From Porphyridium purpureum (lineage: Eukaryota), in contig VRMN01000005.1 in assembly GCA_008690995.1 (NCBI GenBank), positions 868,001 to 932,000 on the forward strand: a stretch of DNA of 64,000 bases, given 5' to 3'. A program made the position numbers and the translations under genes. The notes below the pieces were generated by a model, which was not told the DNA's origin, made no database searches, and saw only the letters and a program-made list of their open reading frames with translations. Every line of letters starts with the position of its first letter. Position 1 is the first letter of the stretch. Below, piece after piece: positions 12,001-21,047 of this stretch.

Positions 12001-15000
12001 CGGCTCCCCGGGTGCCATGAGTATGGGCCAGCGATCACAATCCTCCATGGCAATGAACTCGACCACAACCGTCATGAGTGATCGTCCAGCGGCGTTAGCG
12101 CGCGCGAAATCGGTCAAAATGCTTGACAACAAGGTGGAAGAGCTGCTGGGCATCACGGTGGAGATGTTTGTACACGAGCTGCGAGTGGCATTTGATGAAG
12201 CAGACGTCGGAGGCGATGGGTTATTGGACTTTGATGAGCTTTTCCCATACTTGAAGGCGCAAAAAATGCTGCTTGATGAACAGAGCGTGCGCACGCTCAT
12301 CGAGTTGTTCGATGTGACGGGCGCCGGTCACGTTGATTTTCGCGGGTTTAAGACGTTTTGCTATGACATGATTGTCGAGTTTGCGTCATTTGTGGACAAT
12401 AACGAAGACGATACGGGATTGGGTCGAGAGAATATAGATACGAATGCGACCGCAGGCTTGACGGATCGCATGAGCTCACACGCGACTGGAGCAGGAGTGC
12501 CTCCGAAATCCGGGTCGCCATCTTCTTTGCAGGCCTTGAGCATCCAGAACGGCGCTCAGGATGCACGGATGCGTCAGCTGTTCGAGGCGTGGGATGTTGG
12601 TGGTAAGGGCTTCGTTGACTTTTCGGACTTGGCAAGCGCAATGCGCCAGCTGGACTTGATGCAAAGCGCATCCGGCGCGGTGCGTCTCGCGTTGCATGCC
12701 TTGCTCGCTCACGACACGCGAGCAAACCAAACGCTGGATTATGCGGCTTTCACATCATTAATTATCGAGCTTTGCGAGCAGCGGTACGGCGTGTCTTTCA
12801 ACGAGCTTGCTGACAGCTTGCTCGAGTCGGCCATGACGACAAGGGCTGCTCGTAGCACTGTTGAAGATACCTCCGGGAAGGATTTGCCGCAGACAATGCC
12901 TCGCCACTTGTCCAGAAAGATGTCCCGAAATATGTCAAGAAACATGTCCCGAACCATGTCCCGAAGCAACACGAACACGACAGGGAGCCGGCCGTTCTTG
13001 CGCAGTGCGACCGCAAAGTATCTAAACAAGGATAAGCTGGAGAACATGCTGGGCGTGAGTGTGGAAGAGTTTACAGAGGAGCTGAAAGAAGCATTCATAG
13101 ACGCGGATGAGGACGGTGATGGATTTTTGAACTTTGAAGAGCTACAATCGTACCTGCTCAAGAACAAGTTTGTGCTGTCGGCGCAAGCAATCCAGTCGCT
13201 CGTGTTGGCTTTCAACTGCGCCCTGGAGCCGTCGGCGGCTCCTCACATTGACTTTCGGGGCTTTAAGAAGATCATTTACGACATGAGTGTAGAATTTGCG
13301 GCAATGGTACCAGAGGCGTTAACCGAGGAATCGCTTCAGCGCCGGAAAGAAATCAGGCGCACGCGAGAGAGTCCGCTCCTTGCTGCCGTGTTCTCGGCCT
13401 GGGACACCAACCAAAAGGGCTTCATTGACTTTCGTGATCTTGCTACCGCGCTCCGCGGCTTTGAGAAAGCGCGTGGCGTCGAAGAGGAGCAGCGCCTAAC
13501 CCTGTACGCCATGCTCGCCGTCGACTTTCGCGGTGAGCGGCAGCGCAAGTCGCGTTTGACGCTGGACCACTTTGCCGAGTTTGTGACTGATTTATGCGAG
13601 GAACGGTTTGGCTTTGAGTTTGATGAGATCGCCGAGTATCTGCTGCAGGCTGCGCCACAATATACTGCATCGTCAGCGCCTTGGCCGAGCGCCGATGAAA
13701 CGAGTGAGGGTGCAGACCAGACGCCGCTTTTTGCTCGCGCAGGCGCGTCTGTGAAAATGGACGCGGAGCGCGTGGAGAACATGTTAGGTATCAGCGTCGA
13801 GCAATTTAAGCATGAATTGCAGGAATCTTTCCTGGAGGCGGACCGTGACGGAGACGGGTATTTGAGCATAGAGGAATTTGAGGCCTACGTAGCGACACAA
13901 AAACTGGCACTGGACGCCAGTGGAATCCGGTCCCTGTTCGAGCTTTTCGGGGAGGACGAGTCGAAGAGTCGTGGCGGCACGCACGGCCAGCCGCGCATTG
14001 ATTTTCGCGCGTTCCGACAAATCATCTATGATATTATGATTGAATTTGCGATTGCGGAAGGTTACAAGCAATTCGACGTGACCATGAGCCAGAGCATGAA
14101 CGTGGAAGCCAATCGCGCACTCTTGCGCGCCAAGCGAGATCCGCGCATGCGCGAGCTGTTCTCGGCATGGGACCACGACCAGAAAGGACACGTCGACTTT
14201 CGGGACATTGCGGAGGAGCTCAAGTCACTGGATGGCATCCGCGACGCGGACGCAACTGTCCGCCTCACCGTTCACGCGCTGCTCGCATATGATCACCGTG
14301 GCGACTTCCACTTGGCATACGATGAGTTTGCCGCCCTCATTGTGGAGCTTTGCCGCGATGAATACGGCATAGAGTTTGGTGCTGTCGCGGATCATTTACT
14401 CACGCAGGCAGACAAAGTGAAGGCAAAGAAGGCATCATCTTCGGATGAACAGGGCATCGAACCTACTGCACGCATGAAGAGCAGTGCGTCCTCGCGTGCG
14501 ACCGGGATGGGTTCGCGCGCATTATCACGGTCGCTGTCGCGCAGCAACTCACGCGCGGGCTCAGGATTGGTACTTGGGTCACGCAGCCAGTCACGGTTGC
14601 AGCGTGATCTGGAACATCACGCTGATGCGATGGCAAGCGAGAGGACGGCGCCGCTGTTCTCACGCACCAAGACGGCTCTCAAGTTTGATGTGCGAAAGAT
14701 TGCGAGCATTTTTGGCATGACCGTGGGTGAGTTTATGGAGCATCTCCGCGCGAGCTTTGCGGACGCTGACAGAGATCGTGACGGTTATTTGGACCACCGT
14801 GAGTTCTTCAATTTTGTGGAAAGGCATGACTTGCCTCTGGATGCGCGTGGTGTTCGTGCCGTTCTTCGCAAATTCAAGGCGGACTCGGCGGAAGGGGAAG
14901 CGTCGCGCGTGCCACAGATCGACTTTGCCGGTTTTAAGCACATTTATTACGACATTCTCGTCGAATTCGCCAGCCGCGAGCTTGGCGAGACGGTGCGTGC

Positions 15001-16000
15001 TCAGCAGAGCGATGCAGCGGTGCGCGCAATTATGGCAGACCCGAGGCTTAAGTCGCTGTTCCAATTGTGGGGCACAGGTGGAGCTTCGGCAACGGGTACG
15101 CTTGCCGTGTCAGACCTGACACGCGCGCTGAGTCGCATCTACCGCGTGGAGCGCGGTGAGGTGGCCGCCCAAGCGACCGTTCGCAGCCTTGTTGGTGAAG
15201 AGCACGTCCCTGCTCCGACGGACCATGTTGACCCGAATCAGCCGCTCAGGCCTACGAACAGGAGAAAGAACCTTTCTTACTTGGAGTTTGCGCTTTTCAT
15301 GCTTGACTTCGTGGACGAGTTCTATGATGATGAGTTTGAGAATGTGGCAGAGGGTCTGCTGCGCATCGCGAGACTAGAGGATGATGAAGGCGGGGACGAA
15401 GAGCGGGAGCCGAAGCGAGAGCGAGAGCGAACGGCCAGGCGTTCAACCAGCAGCCACAGCAGGCAGGACAGCAGCGATGATGTGCTTGCTGGCATTGAAG
15501 GTGTTGTGCGCGTGAAAAGCGAAGTAGGTGACGAAAGCAAGGAGCCATTGCCGCAAAAGTCGGTGCGAATCAAGCAAGAACCGCTGGAGTTGACCACACC
15601 GCAAGACGTTGAGCCCTCGCAAGAGGCTCGCACGGCGGCAGAGCGCCTGCGCTCGTTTGGACAGCGCGGGCGCACGCTGCGGCTGACAGATATGGCCAAG
15701 GTGGAAAAAGTGCTCGGCATTCCTGCTGAGCAGTTTAACCAGGAGTTGAAGCAGTCCTTTTTGAGTGCGGACAAGAACCGCGACGGCTATTTGGACTATG
15801 CGGAATTGCTGCAGTACATGAAAGACATGAACACGGCCATGAGCGAGCAGGAGATACAGGCGCTGATTCTGAAATTTGACGTGACGCACAACAGCGACTC
15901 GGATTACTCGAAGAGCAAGATTGACTTTCGCACGTTTAAGCGCATTTCGTTCGACCTACTTATGGCACTTGCGGATGAGGCCGCTGGTGTGGCCGCATGA
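9062..16000 (+). CDS. Giant (2312 aa) EF-hand repeat protein with N-terminal RIIa/Dpy-30-like docking domain and RSP7-like head
   Basis: Uninterrupted ORF from ATG 9062. LQPVLQYITELAVCARPRNVPKFLAQAL fits the dimerisation/docking pattern. Many DxDxDG loops (DQNNDG, DEDGDG, DRDGDG, DKNRDG) sit in repeated modules. Confidence 0.9.
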   Translation: MSARASAEELPHEFLARLQPVLQYITELAVCARPRNVPKFLAQALVLKYSVSQDALSDAQLADFADAIEDLPPPSRTRKGSSATAGDETAIDGEDEEDPSFAMYLNAKALLSMDLESPEAEDLLYPIFRHFDQNNDGYLDLKEFQDAIDAAAIGLSEDEIAGELRDHDPELEGQISFFAFKPVCVELICAVFARAAALEVHEESLGEAMAKASATIKGYSKADLGSLFSSVFCEYDLDEDENITYEEFAACIVNENLGLSADEIDALCKKADPESTFLISYERFVPVYAEIMYLNQVRELLREEAISLMLTSGTVGELAAHLQNVFQSFDEGSGRFSPEQLAVILSEAGLSLSRMLLATMVGMAAVDSDGTVDYSLYIATGAYLLNYYRKCKAMKRHKSVRTMNRMSSQDLNARVIARATGGQSVADFSESVRQAFGLLDEDGDGFIGRDELLRHFEQQGATNVDEDVVDAMIHSFGVGKLHQLNVVGFRRVVYELMKEMHAGDDTRSASGSARRISNRSGSGVHVDDLDVSDEYFDSGDAAGEDDGVSDEIEDTELEYLRYSELDEQRRQFQELFAEDVRMRKIFSNFDPDGTGVLDFRVLSRAIRKLEILKEMPAASKMGMLAMLGYKQQQTQQNDDEDENNMMNYEAFCNLIAALITDNDQQDNVDRFLLELLDKVPTRKVGFSPAQPGPGGPGGAGTKFNRTFTRGFSVDPVLASESAAFVRSSSDREFIMDAALVESIMKMSLAEFDDQLCAAFVKADQNEDDRLDLPELLGYFRSQKLPLGYGATRALIDLFGEPESQSVDINGFRRIVYDVVILFEKESQQEQLEEKDEEVQRMMQHRAMSVRSARQDGRLQLLFDAWDTQHRGYVDFSDLVRAIAKLETLAGSGAARSSDDRTDDGRQNGAGSAARMALRALMKYDSHKQNRLDLDAFANVIVDLCVSQFGTADFGSLADHLLSVARNKSIPVIRANSSRNLGSPGAMSMGQRSQSSMAMNSTTTVMSDRPAALARAKSVKMLDNKVEELLGITVEMFVHELRVAFDEADVGGDGLLDFDELFPYLKAQKMLLDEQSVRTLIELFDVTGAGHVDFRGFKTFCYDMIVEFASFVDNNEDDTGLGRENIDTNATAGLTDRMSSHATGAGVPPKSGSPSSLQALSIQNGAQDARMRQLFEAWDVGGKGFVDFSDLASAMRQLDLMQSASGAVRLALHALLAHDTRANQTLDYAAFTSLIIELCEQRYGVSFNELADSLLESAMTTRAARSTVEDTSGKDLPQTMPRHLSRKMSRNMSRNMSRTMSRSNTNTTGSRPFLRSATAKYLNKDKLENMLGVSVEEFTEELKEAFIDADEDGDGFLNFEELQSYLLKNKFVLSAQAIQSLVLAFNCALEPSAAPHIDFRGFKKIIYDMSVEFAAMVPEALTEESLQRRKEIRRTRESPLLAAVFSAWDTNQKGFIDFRDLATALRGFEKARGVEEEQRLTLYAMLAVDFRGERQRKSRLTLDHFAEFVTDLCEERFGFEFDEIAEYLLQAAPQYTASSAPWPSADETSEGADQTPLFARAGASVKMDAERVENMLGISVEQFKHELQESFLEADRDGDGYLSIEEFEAYVATQKLALDASGIRSLFELFGEDESKSRGGTHGQPRIDFRAFRQIIYDIMIEFAIAEGYKQFDVTMSQSMNVEANRALLRAKRDPRMRELFSAWDHDQKGHVDFRDIAEELKSLDGIRDADATVRLTVHALLAYDHRGDFHLAYDEFAALIVELCRDEYGIEFGAVADHLLTQADKVKAKKASSSDEQGIEPTARMKSSASSRATGMGSRALSRSLSRSNSRAGSGLVLGSRSQSRLQRDLEHHADAMASERTAPLFSRTKTALKFDVRKIASIFGMTVGEFMEHLRASFADADRDRDGYLDHREFFNFVERHDLPLDARGVRAVLRKFKADSAEGEASRVPQIDFAGFKHIYYDILVEFASRELGETVRAQQSDAAVRAIMADPRLKSLFQLWGTGGASATGTLAVSDLTRALSRIYRVERGEVAAQATVRSLVGEEHVPAPTDHVDPNQPLRPTNRRKNLSYLEFALFMLDFVDEFYDDEFENVAEGLLRIARLEDDEGGDEEREPKRERERTARRSTSSHSRQDSSDDVLAGIEGVVRVKSEVGDESKEPLPQKSVRIKQEPLELTTPQDVEPSQEARTAAERLRSFGQRGRTLRLTDMAKVEKVLGIPAEQFNQELKQSFLSADKNRDGYLDYAELLQYMKDMNTAMSEQEIQALILKFDVTHNSDSDYSKSKIDFRTFKRISFDLLMALADEAAGVAA

Positions 16001-16333
16001 CGTGACTGCCATGTGACGCAGCGGCCGCCGCTGCCACCACCACCACTGCCTCGGGTTTGACAATAAAGCGCAGCGCGCGAAGAGCGCCGTTGGCTCCGCA
16101 AGCTCCAACATGCGCCACTGTACTATTTCTTCATAACTGTACCCCTACCCTGTTCTGGGACGCCGCCGCCGTCCATAGCAGAACGGGCCCGATTTGCTAC
16201 GGACGCCGGCACACGCCATTGCTCGCGCGCGCAGCTCGCAGCTTGGCACGCGGCAGGTCGAGCACACGGCGCTGCGGGGATTCGCGCGAGGAAAACATTT
16301 GGCCGAGGCGGTGCGTTCCGGCAAGCGGCAGAG

Positions 16334-18013
16334 ATGAGCGCACACGAGATCGAGCTCGTCGCGGCGGACGGCGCGCTGCGCGCCGATGAGTGGTTCACCG
16401 GCGAGGCCGAGCTCGACTCGTACCCCATGCAGGTGCTCGCCGTCATGGGCGCCGGCGCGGCCTCGCTTGCAAACGCGCTCGCGCCGCATCTCGTCACAAA
16501 CCGCGACCCGCCGCCACGCTTCAACGACGCGCCGCTCCGCGGCTCGGGCGCCTTGTTGCGCGCCGCCAAGCTTGAGCCATACCTTGTGGCGCTGCTCGTG
16601 CAGGGCGATCCGGCCGCCAAGCGGGCGCTCGCGGCCTGTGCAAACTTTGCGGGCGTGCTGGCCAATGTCGCGGTGGTGAATGTGGATGTAAGCGAAGTGG
16701 GCCGCGCAGACGCCCCCGCGCTGGCATTCGTGCGCGCCGTACTGGCCGGCGTCGTGCACGCCGCCACAAACGAGACCGATCCGAAGCTGCGCCTGGTGCT
16801 TGCGGTACGCGATGTCGAGCCTGAGGAGCGTACCAATGCTGCCGCGGCGGATGGCTTGCGTCGCGTTCTTGAAGATGATGTGAAGGCGCAGTGGATATCG
16901 TGCGCACCCGCCAACTCGTCGTTGCACACGCAAATGAGCGCCTTTGTGGATCTTGATGTGTGCCTGCTGCCGCACAGCAAATTCGAAAAGTTTGCATTCG
17001 ACCAAGCTATCTCGCAGCTTGCAGGTAGCACGCTTGATGCCCTCAATGACGATGCGTACAGCTTTGGTATCCCCGCCGACTCGTTCTCGGTCTTTACGCG
17101 ATCGATGTGGGACGAGGACTATGCAAGTGCCATCGCCGAAGCAAGCGGCAATACTGGCAATAGCACCAGTGCCGCACCGCCAAGTGGGGCGGCGGCGTTT
17201 GAGTTTTCACCCGACAGTGCCGACGTGTACGCCAAAACACAAGGTGCATTCCGCGCTGCGATGGCGCAGCTCAACGCGGTGGCGGATCGCGTGCAGGCCG
17301 CGGCGACGCGCGGCGAATGCATCGCAGACTTTCATGCCGTCGTGACGGGCGCATACAAGCAGGCCGTAGACACGTTCAAGGCAGCCACGTCGACCGAAGG
17401 AGGAGCTAGTGCAACCGCGCCCTCCGGGGCGGAGCAGAAGCTGGCTGAATTGCAATTTTGCGGGCAGCGGAAACTGGCAGTTCTGTATGGTAAGCACCTT
17501 CAGGCGGCAAGGGAGCGTGCTTTGGCCGACTACAAGAGCGCGCTGAATGCGGAAGACGCGTCGACAGATTATGCGTTTTTCAACAGCGACCGGAAATTCT
17601 GCTCGCTGGCTGCCGGCGCTGCGTCTGAGCAGTTTGGCTGGGGCTACGAGATGGAACGCAGTGAGCTGCAAAACACAATGCGCGAGCTGGCGGCGCAGCG
17701 GAAGCGCATGGTGCAGCAGCGGCTCATGCACGCGCAAAACCAGAGCAACACGATGCGCTACCTGCAGACGCAGCAAGCGCAGCTGCAGGCAATCCAACAG
17801 AGCGCGTATTCGGGTGGTGACGGGCAGCTGAGCCTTGGTGCGGCGTACCGCCCCCCAGACACCAACCTCAACATCTCGCTGGGCTACCAGCAAGGCCGCA
17901 CGAGCGTGCAGATCTCGGTTGTGCCAGACGAGTATGCGAGTTATCTTGGCCCGCAGGGCTTTAGCGCCGTTGGTCCGGCCAACTTGGGTCTTTCGTTCAA
18001 CATGAGCGTATGA
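16334..18013 (+). CDS. RHD3/Sey1 (atlastin-related)-like protein with degenerate GTPase motifs and no TM hairpin
   Basis: LVLAVRD (RD motif), LLPHSKFE..F...ISQL and IPADSFSVFTRSMWD resemble RHD3/Sey1 blocks; the P-loop position reads VMGAGAASL. Confidence 0.7.
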   Translation: MSAHEIELVAADGALRADEWFTGEAELDSYPMQVLAVMGAGAASLANALAPHLVTNRDPPPRFNDAPLRGSGALLRAAKLEPYLVALLVQGDPAAKRALAACANFAGVLANVAVVNVDVSEVGRADAPALAFVRAVLAGVVHAATNETDPKLRLVLAVRDVEPEERTNAAAADGLRRVLEDDVKAQWISCAPANSSLHTQMSAFVDLDVCLLPHSKFEKFAFDQAISQLAGSTLDALNDDAYSFGIPADSFSVFTRSMWDEDYASAIAEASGNTGNSTSAAPPSGAAAFEFSPDSADVYAKTQGAFRAAMAQLNAVADRVQAAATRGECIADFHAVVTGAYKQAVDTFKAATSTEGGASATAPSGAEQKLAELQFCGQRKLAVLYGKHLQAARERALADYKSALNAEDASTDYAFFNSDRKFCSLAAGAASEQFGWGYEMERSELQNTMRELAAQRKRMVQQRLMHAQNQSNTMRYLQTQQAQLQAIQQSAYSGGDGQLSLGAAYRPPDTNLNISLGYQQGRTSVQISVVPDEYASYLGPQGFSAVGPANLGLSFNMSV

Positions 18014-18344
18014 AGTAAATGAGAACTGGATTCCAAACGCAGCGCGCCGTTGACATCCGTCATGAACCAGCGCCGCTCTCCGCGCACGTAGTCGGCAGCC
18101 CCGCCTGTCGAAGCGGAGTGATCGCGCGCAGCGCACGTCCGAACTGTACACCCGTCGAGTGCTGCCGACTCCCAACTGAACACCCACCCACCCATGTCTA
18201 CTGTACCTAATCACTGTACCGCATCGGGCGCTTCCCATTTCGGCGCGCGCTCCGCAGCCACGAATGTGGACGAGCGCGGAAGGTGGCGGGCGTCGTGCGT
18301 GAGTCTGCGTGAGTGTGCCTCGTGCGCCTGCTCGAGACGCGATC

Positions 18345-20702
18345 ATGGCGACGGCATCGCTGCGGCGCCTTTGCATACCGCAGCCTGCACGCACATGTGC
18401 TCTGTGGTCGCGTGAGCTGCCGCGGCGTGCGGCTACTGGCGCCGCCCGTCGTCGCTCCAGCAGCGAGGCAACCGCCGTGGCCGACCAGAGCACAAACCCA
18501 CAGCACTCTCACGCGGAAGAGAGGGCGCAGCACTTGCACACGCCGGACGCTAAGCGGGAGCGACGCAAGTTGCGCAACGTCGGCATTTCGGCGCATATCG
18601 ACTCGGGCAAGACGACGCTGACGGAGCGCGTGCTATTTTACACCGGCAGGATCGCCGCAATCCACGAGGTGCGAGGAAAGGATGGCGTCGGTGCAACCAT
18701 GGACTTCATGGACCTGGAGCGGGAAAAGGGTATCACAATCCAATCGGCCGCCACACACTGCGCGTGGCGTGATCATGAGATCAACATCATCGACACGCCG
18801 GGGCATGTCGACTTTACAATTGAGGTAGAGCGCGCGTTGCGCGTCTTGGATGGAGCCGTGCTCGTGCTTTGCGGCGTTTCCGGCGTGCAGTCTCAGTCAC
18901 TCACTGTAGACCGCCAGATGAAGCGCTACCGCGTGCCGCGAATCACCTTCATTAATAAGCTTGATCGACAGGGAGCAAACCCGTTCCGCATCGTCAACGA
19001 GATCAAATCAAAGCTTGGCCTCGCGGCGGCCGCTGTGCAGGTGCCAATAGGACTAGAAGACCGCCTGCGCGGCCTCGTCGACCTGGTCACCTTAGAAGCG
19101 ATCAACTTTGAAGGCGCGCACGGACAGATCATTCGCCGGTCGAAGCTGGCCGACGAACCGTCTCTGGTGGGCGCAGACACGTTGGCTCTTGTCACGGAAA
19201 AGCGTCGCGTGCTAGTTGAGACGCTGGCAGATGTAGACGACACGTTTGCGGAGCTCTTTCTTATGGACGACGAGTCGCTCATCACTGAGCTCGAGATCAA
19301 GGCAGCGATCCGCCGCGCGACGCTGGCCCGCAAATTCACGCCCGTCTTGATGGGCACCGCGCTGAAGAATCTTGGTGTGCAGGTCATGCTCGACGCCGTT
19401 CTGGACTATTTACCGGCTCCAGAGGAGGCAACAAATTACGGATTGATACCAGCAAAAGAGACCGACGAAGAAAGCGGCGAGACGACGCAGACGGAAAAAG
19501 AGGTTGTGATCGAACCAGATGCGTCCGCGCCGCTATGTGCGCTGGCGTTCAAGCTCGAAGAAAGCCGCTTTGGGCAGCTAACCTACTTGCGCGTGTACCG
19601 TGGTACCTTGCGACGCGGAGAGACAATCTATAATGTACGCACACGCAAAAAGCAACGCGTTCCGCGGCTTATCCGAATGCATGCCGACAACATGGAAGAG
19701 GTGGAGGCCGTGACTTCTGGCGATATTGGTGCGCTTTTTGGACTCGAGTGCGCGAGCGGTGATTCCTTTACGAGTGGCGAGCACCTGACGCTCGAGTCTC
19801 TGTATGTACCAGAGCCCGTTATGAGTCTCGCCATTTCGCCGACCGTTCGCGACCAGCAAGCAAACTTTGGTAAGGGCATGTCGCGATTCACGCGCGAGGA
19901 TCCGACCCTACGCGTGCATACAGATCCAGAATCGAAGCAGACAATTATTTCCGGCATGGGTGAGCTGCATCTGGAGGTATATGTGGAACGTCTTAAGCGG
20001 GAATACGGGGTCGAGTGCACGGTTGGTGAGCCTCAGGTCAACTATCGCGAGACCATTCTGGGCAAGAGCGATTTTGACTACTTGCACAAAAAGCAGAGCG
20101 GCGGTTCGGGTCAGTTTGGCGGTGTCATTGGCTATCTGGAGCCTAGCGACGATGGCAAGACAAACGAGTTTGTGAATCATTTGGTGGGCACGAATGTACC
20201 ATTTACACTCGTTCCGGCCATCGAGAAGGGATTCCGCCAGGCCACCGAATCTGGCACCATCGCTGGCTTCCCCATGGCGGGCGTTCGCTTTGTGCTGACA
20301 GACGGCAGGTCGCACCCAGTAGACTCGAACGAGAACGCTTTCCGCCAAGCTGCGCTCATGGCCGTGCGTCAAGCATTCACAAGAGGCCAGGGCGCAGTGC
20401 TTGAACCAATCATGAACGTGAGTATCGAGATCCCGAATGAGTTCCAGGGAGGTATCATGGCGGAGGTCAGCCGCCGGCGAGGAATTGTGCTTAATGCTGT
20501 CACAGAAATCTCGTACTGCCGTATCGCGTCCGAAATCCCGCTGAATGAGATGTTCGGCTTTAGTACAGTGCTTCGATCGCTCACACAGGGCAAAGGTGAG
20601 TACTCCATGGAGTACAAGGAGCACGTGCAAAGCCCGCACCAGCTTCAGAGCCAGTTGATCGACGCGTACCAGCAAAAGCGCCAGGGGCAAAAAGATGAAT
20701 AG
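18345..20702 (+). CDS. GFM1: Mitochondrial translation elongation factor G1
   Basis: [52 protein letters not shown]; Arg-rich presequence from ATG 18345. Confidence 0.96.
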   Translation: MATASLRRLCIPQPARTCALWSRELPRRAATGAARRRSSSEATAVADQSTNPQHSHAEERAQHLHTPDAKRERRKLRNVGISAHIDSGKTTLTERVLFYTGRIAAIHEVRGKDGVGATMDFMDLEREKGITIQSAATHCAWRDHEINIIDTPGHVDFTIEVERALRVLDGAVLVLCGVSGVQSQSLTVDRQMKRYRVPRITFINKLDRQGANPFRIVNEIKSKLGLAAAAVQVPIGLEDRLRGLVDLVTLEAINFEGAHGQIIRRSKLADEPSLVGADTLALVTEKRRVLVETLADVDDTFAELFLMDDESLITELEIKAAIRRATLARKFTPVLMGTALKNLGVQVMLDAVLDYLPAPEEATNYGLIPAKETDEESGETTQTEKEVVIEPDASAPLCALAFKLEESRFGQLTYLRVYRGTLRRGETIYNVRTRKKQRVPRLIRMHADNMEEVEAVTSGDIGALFGLECASGDSFTSGEHLTLESLYVPEPVMSLAISPTVRDQQANFGKGMSRFTREDPTLRVHTDPESKQTIISGMGELHLEVYVERLKREYGVECTVGEPQVNYRETILGKSDFDYLHKKQSGGSGQFGGVIGYLEPSDDGKTNEFVNHLVGTNVPFTLVPAIEKGFRQATESGTIAGFPMAGVRFVLTDGRSHPVDSNENAFRQAALMAVRQAFTRGQGAVLEPIMNVSIEIPNEFQGGIMAEVSRRRGIVLNAVTEISYCRIASEIPLNEMFGFSTVLRSLTQGKGEYSMEYKEHVQSPHQLQSQLIDAYQQKRQGQKDE

Positions 20703-21047
20703 TTCGCCACCGCGGAATGATGAGTCGGATGACGAGACCAGATCTTGCGTCAGCCTTTCTGTTTTTCCACTCGTCGTGGAATCTGAAAGGCAACCTGTCC
20801 CTGCGCGAATGCAGCAGAACGTCTCGTCCGCTTGGCCTTTTCCACAAAACCTGCTCAGGGCAGGGCGAAGATCTCCGAGAAACAACTTGAATTTGAATCG
20901 CGGGCTCTGTACAATTTCGCGCTGCGTGTCATAATCTCTGTACCTTTTCCAGCTTCCCGTCCCGACGCTCGCTAGCGACTTCATCGAGTAAATGCATTTT
21001 TGGTTGTGAGTCAGGAAGAAAAAATAACTTCGCTGCTGGTGGCCGTC

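Noticed and set aside
17207..18493. 428-aa minus-strand ORF
   Set aside because: Antisense shadow of two real genes in GC-rich DNA; Arg-rich with no motifs.
19908..20984. 358-aa minus-strand ORF (also 6759-7715 on plus)
   Set aside because: Antisense to EF-G (and TAF6); explained by codon bias.
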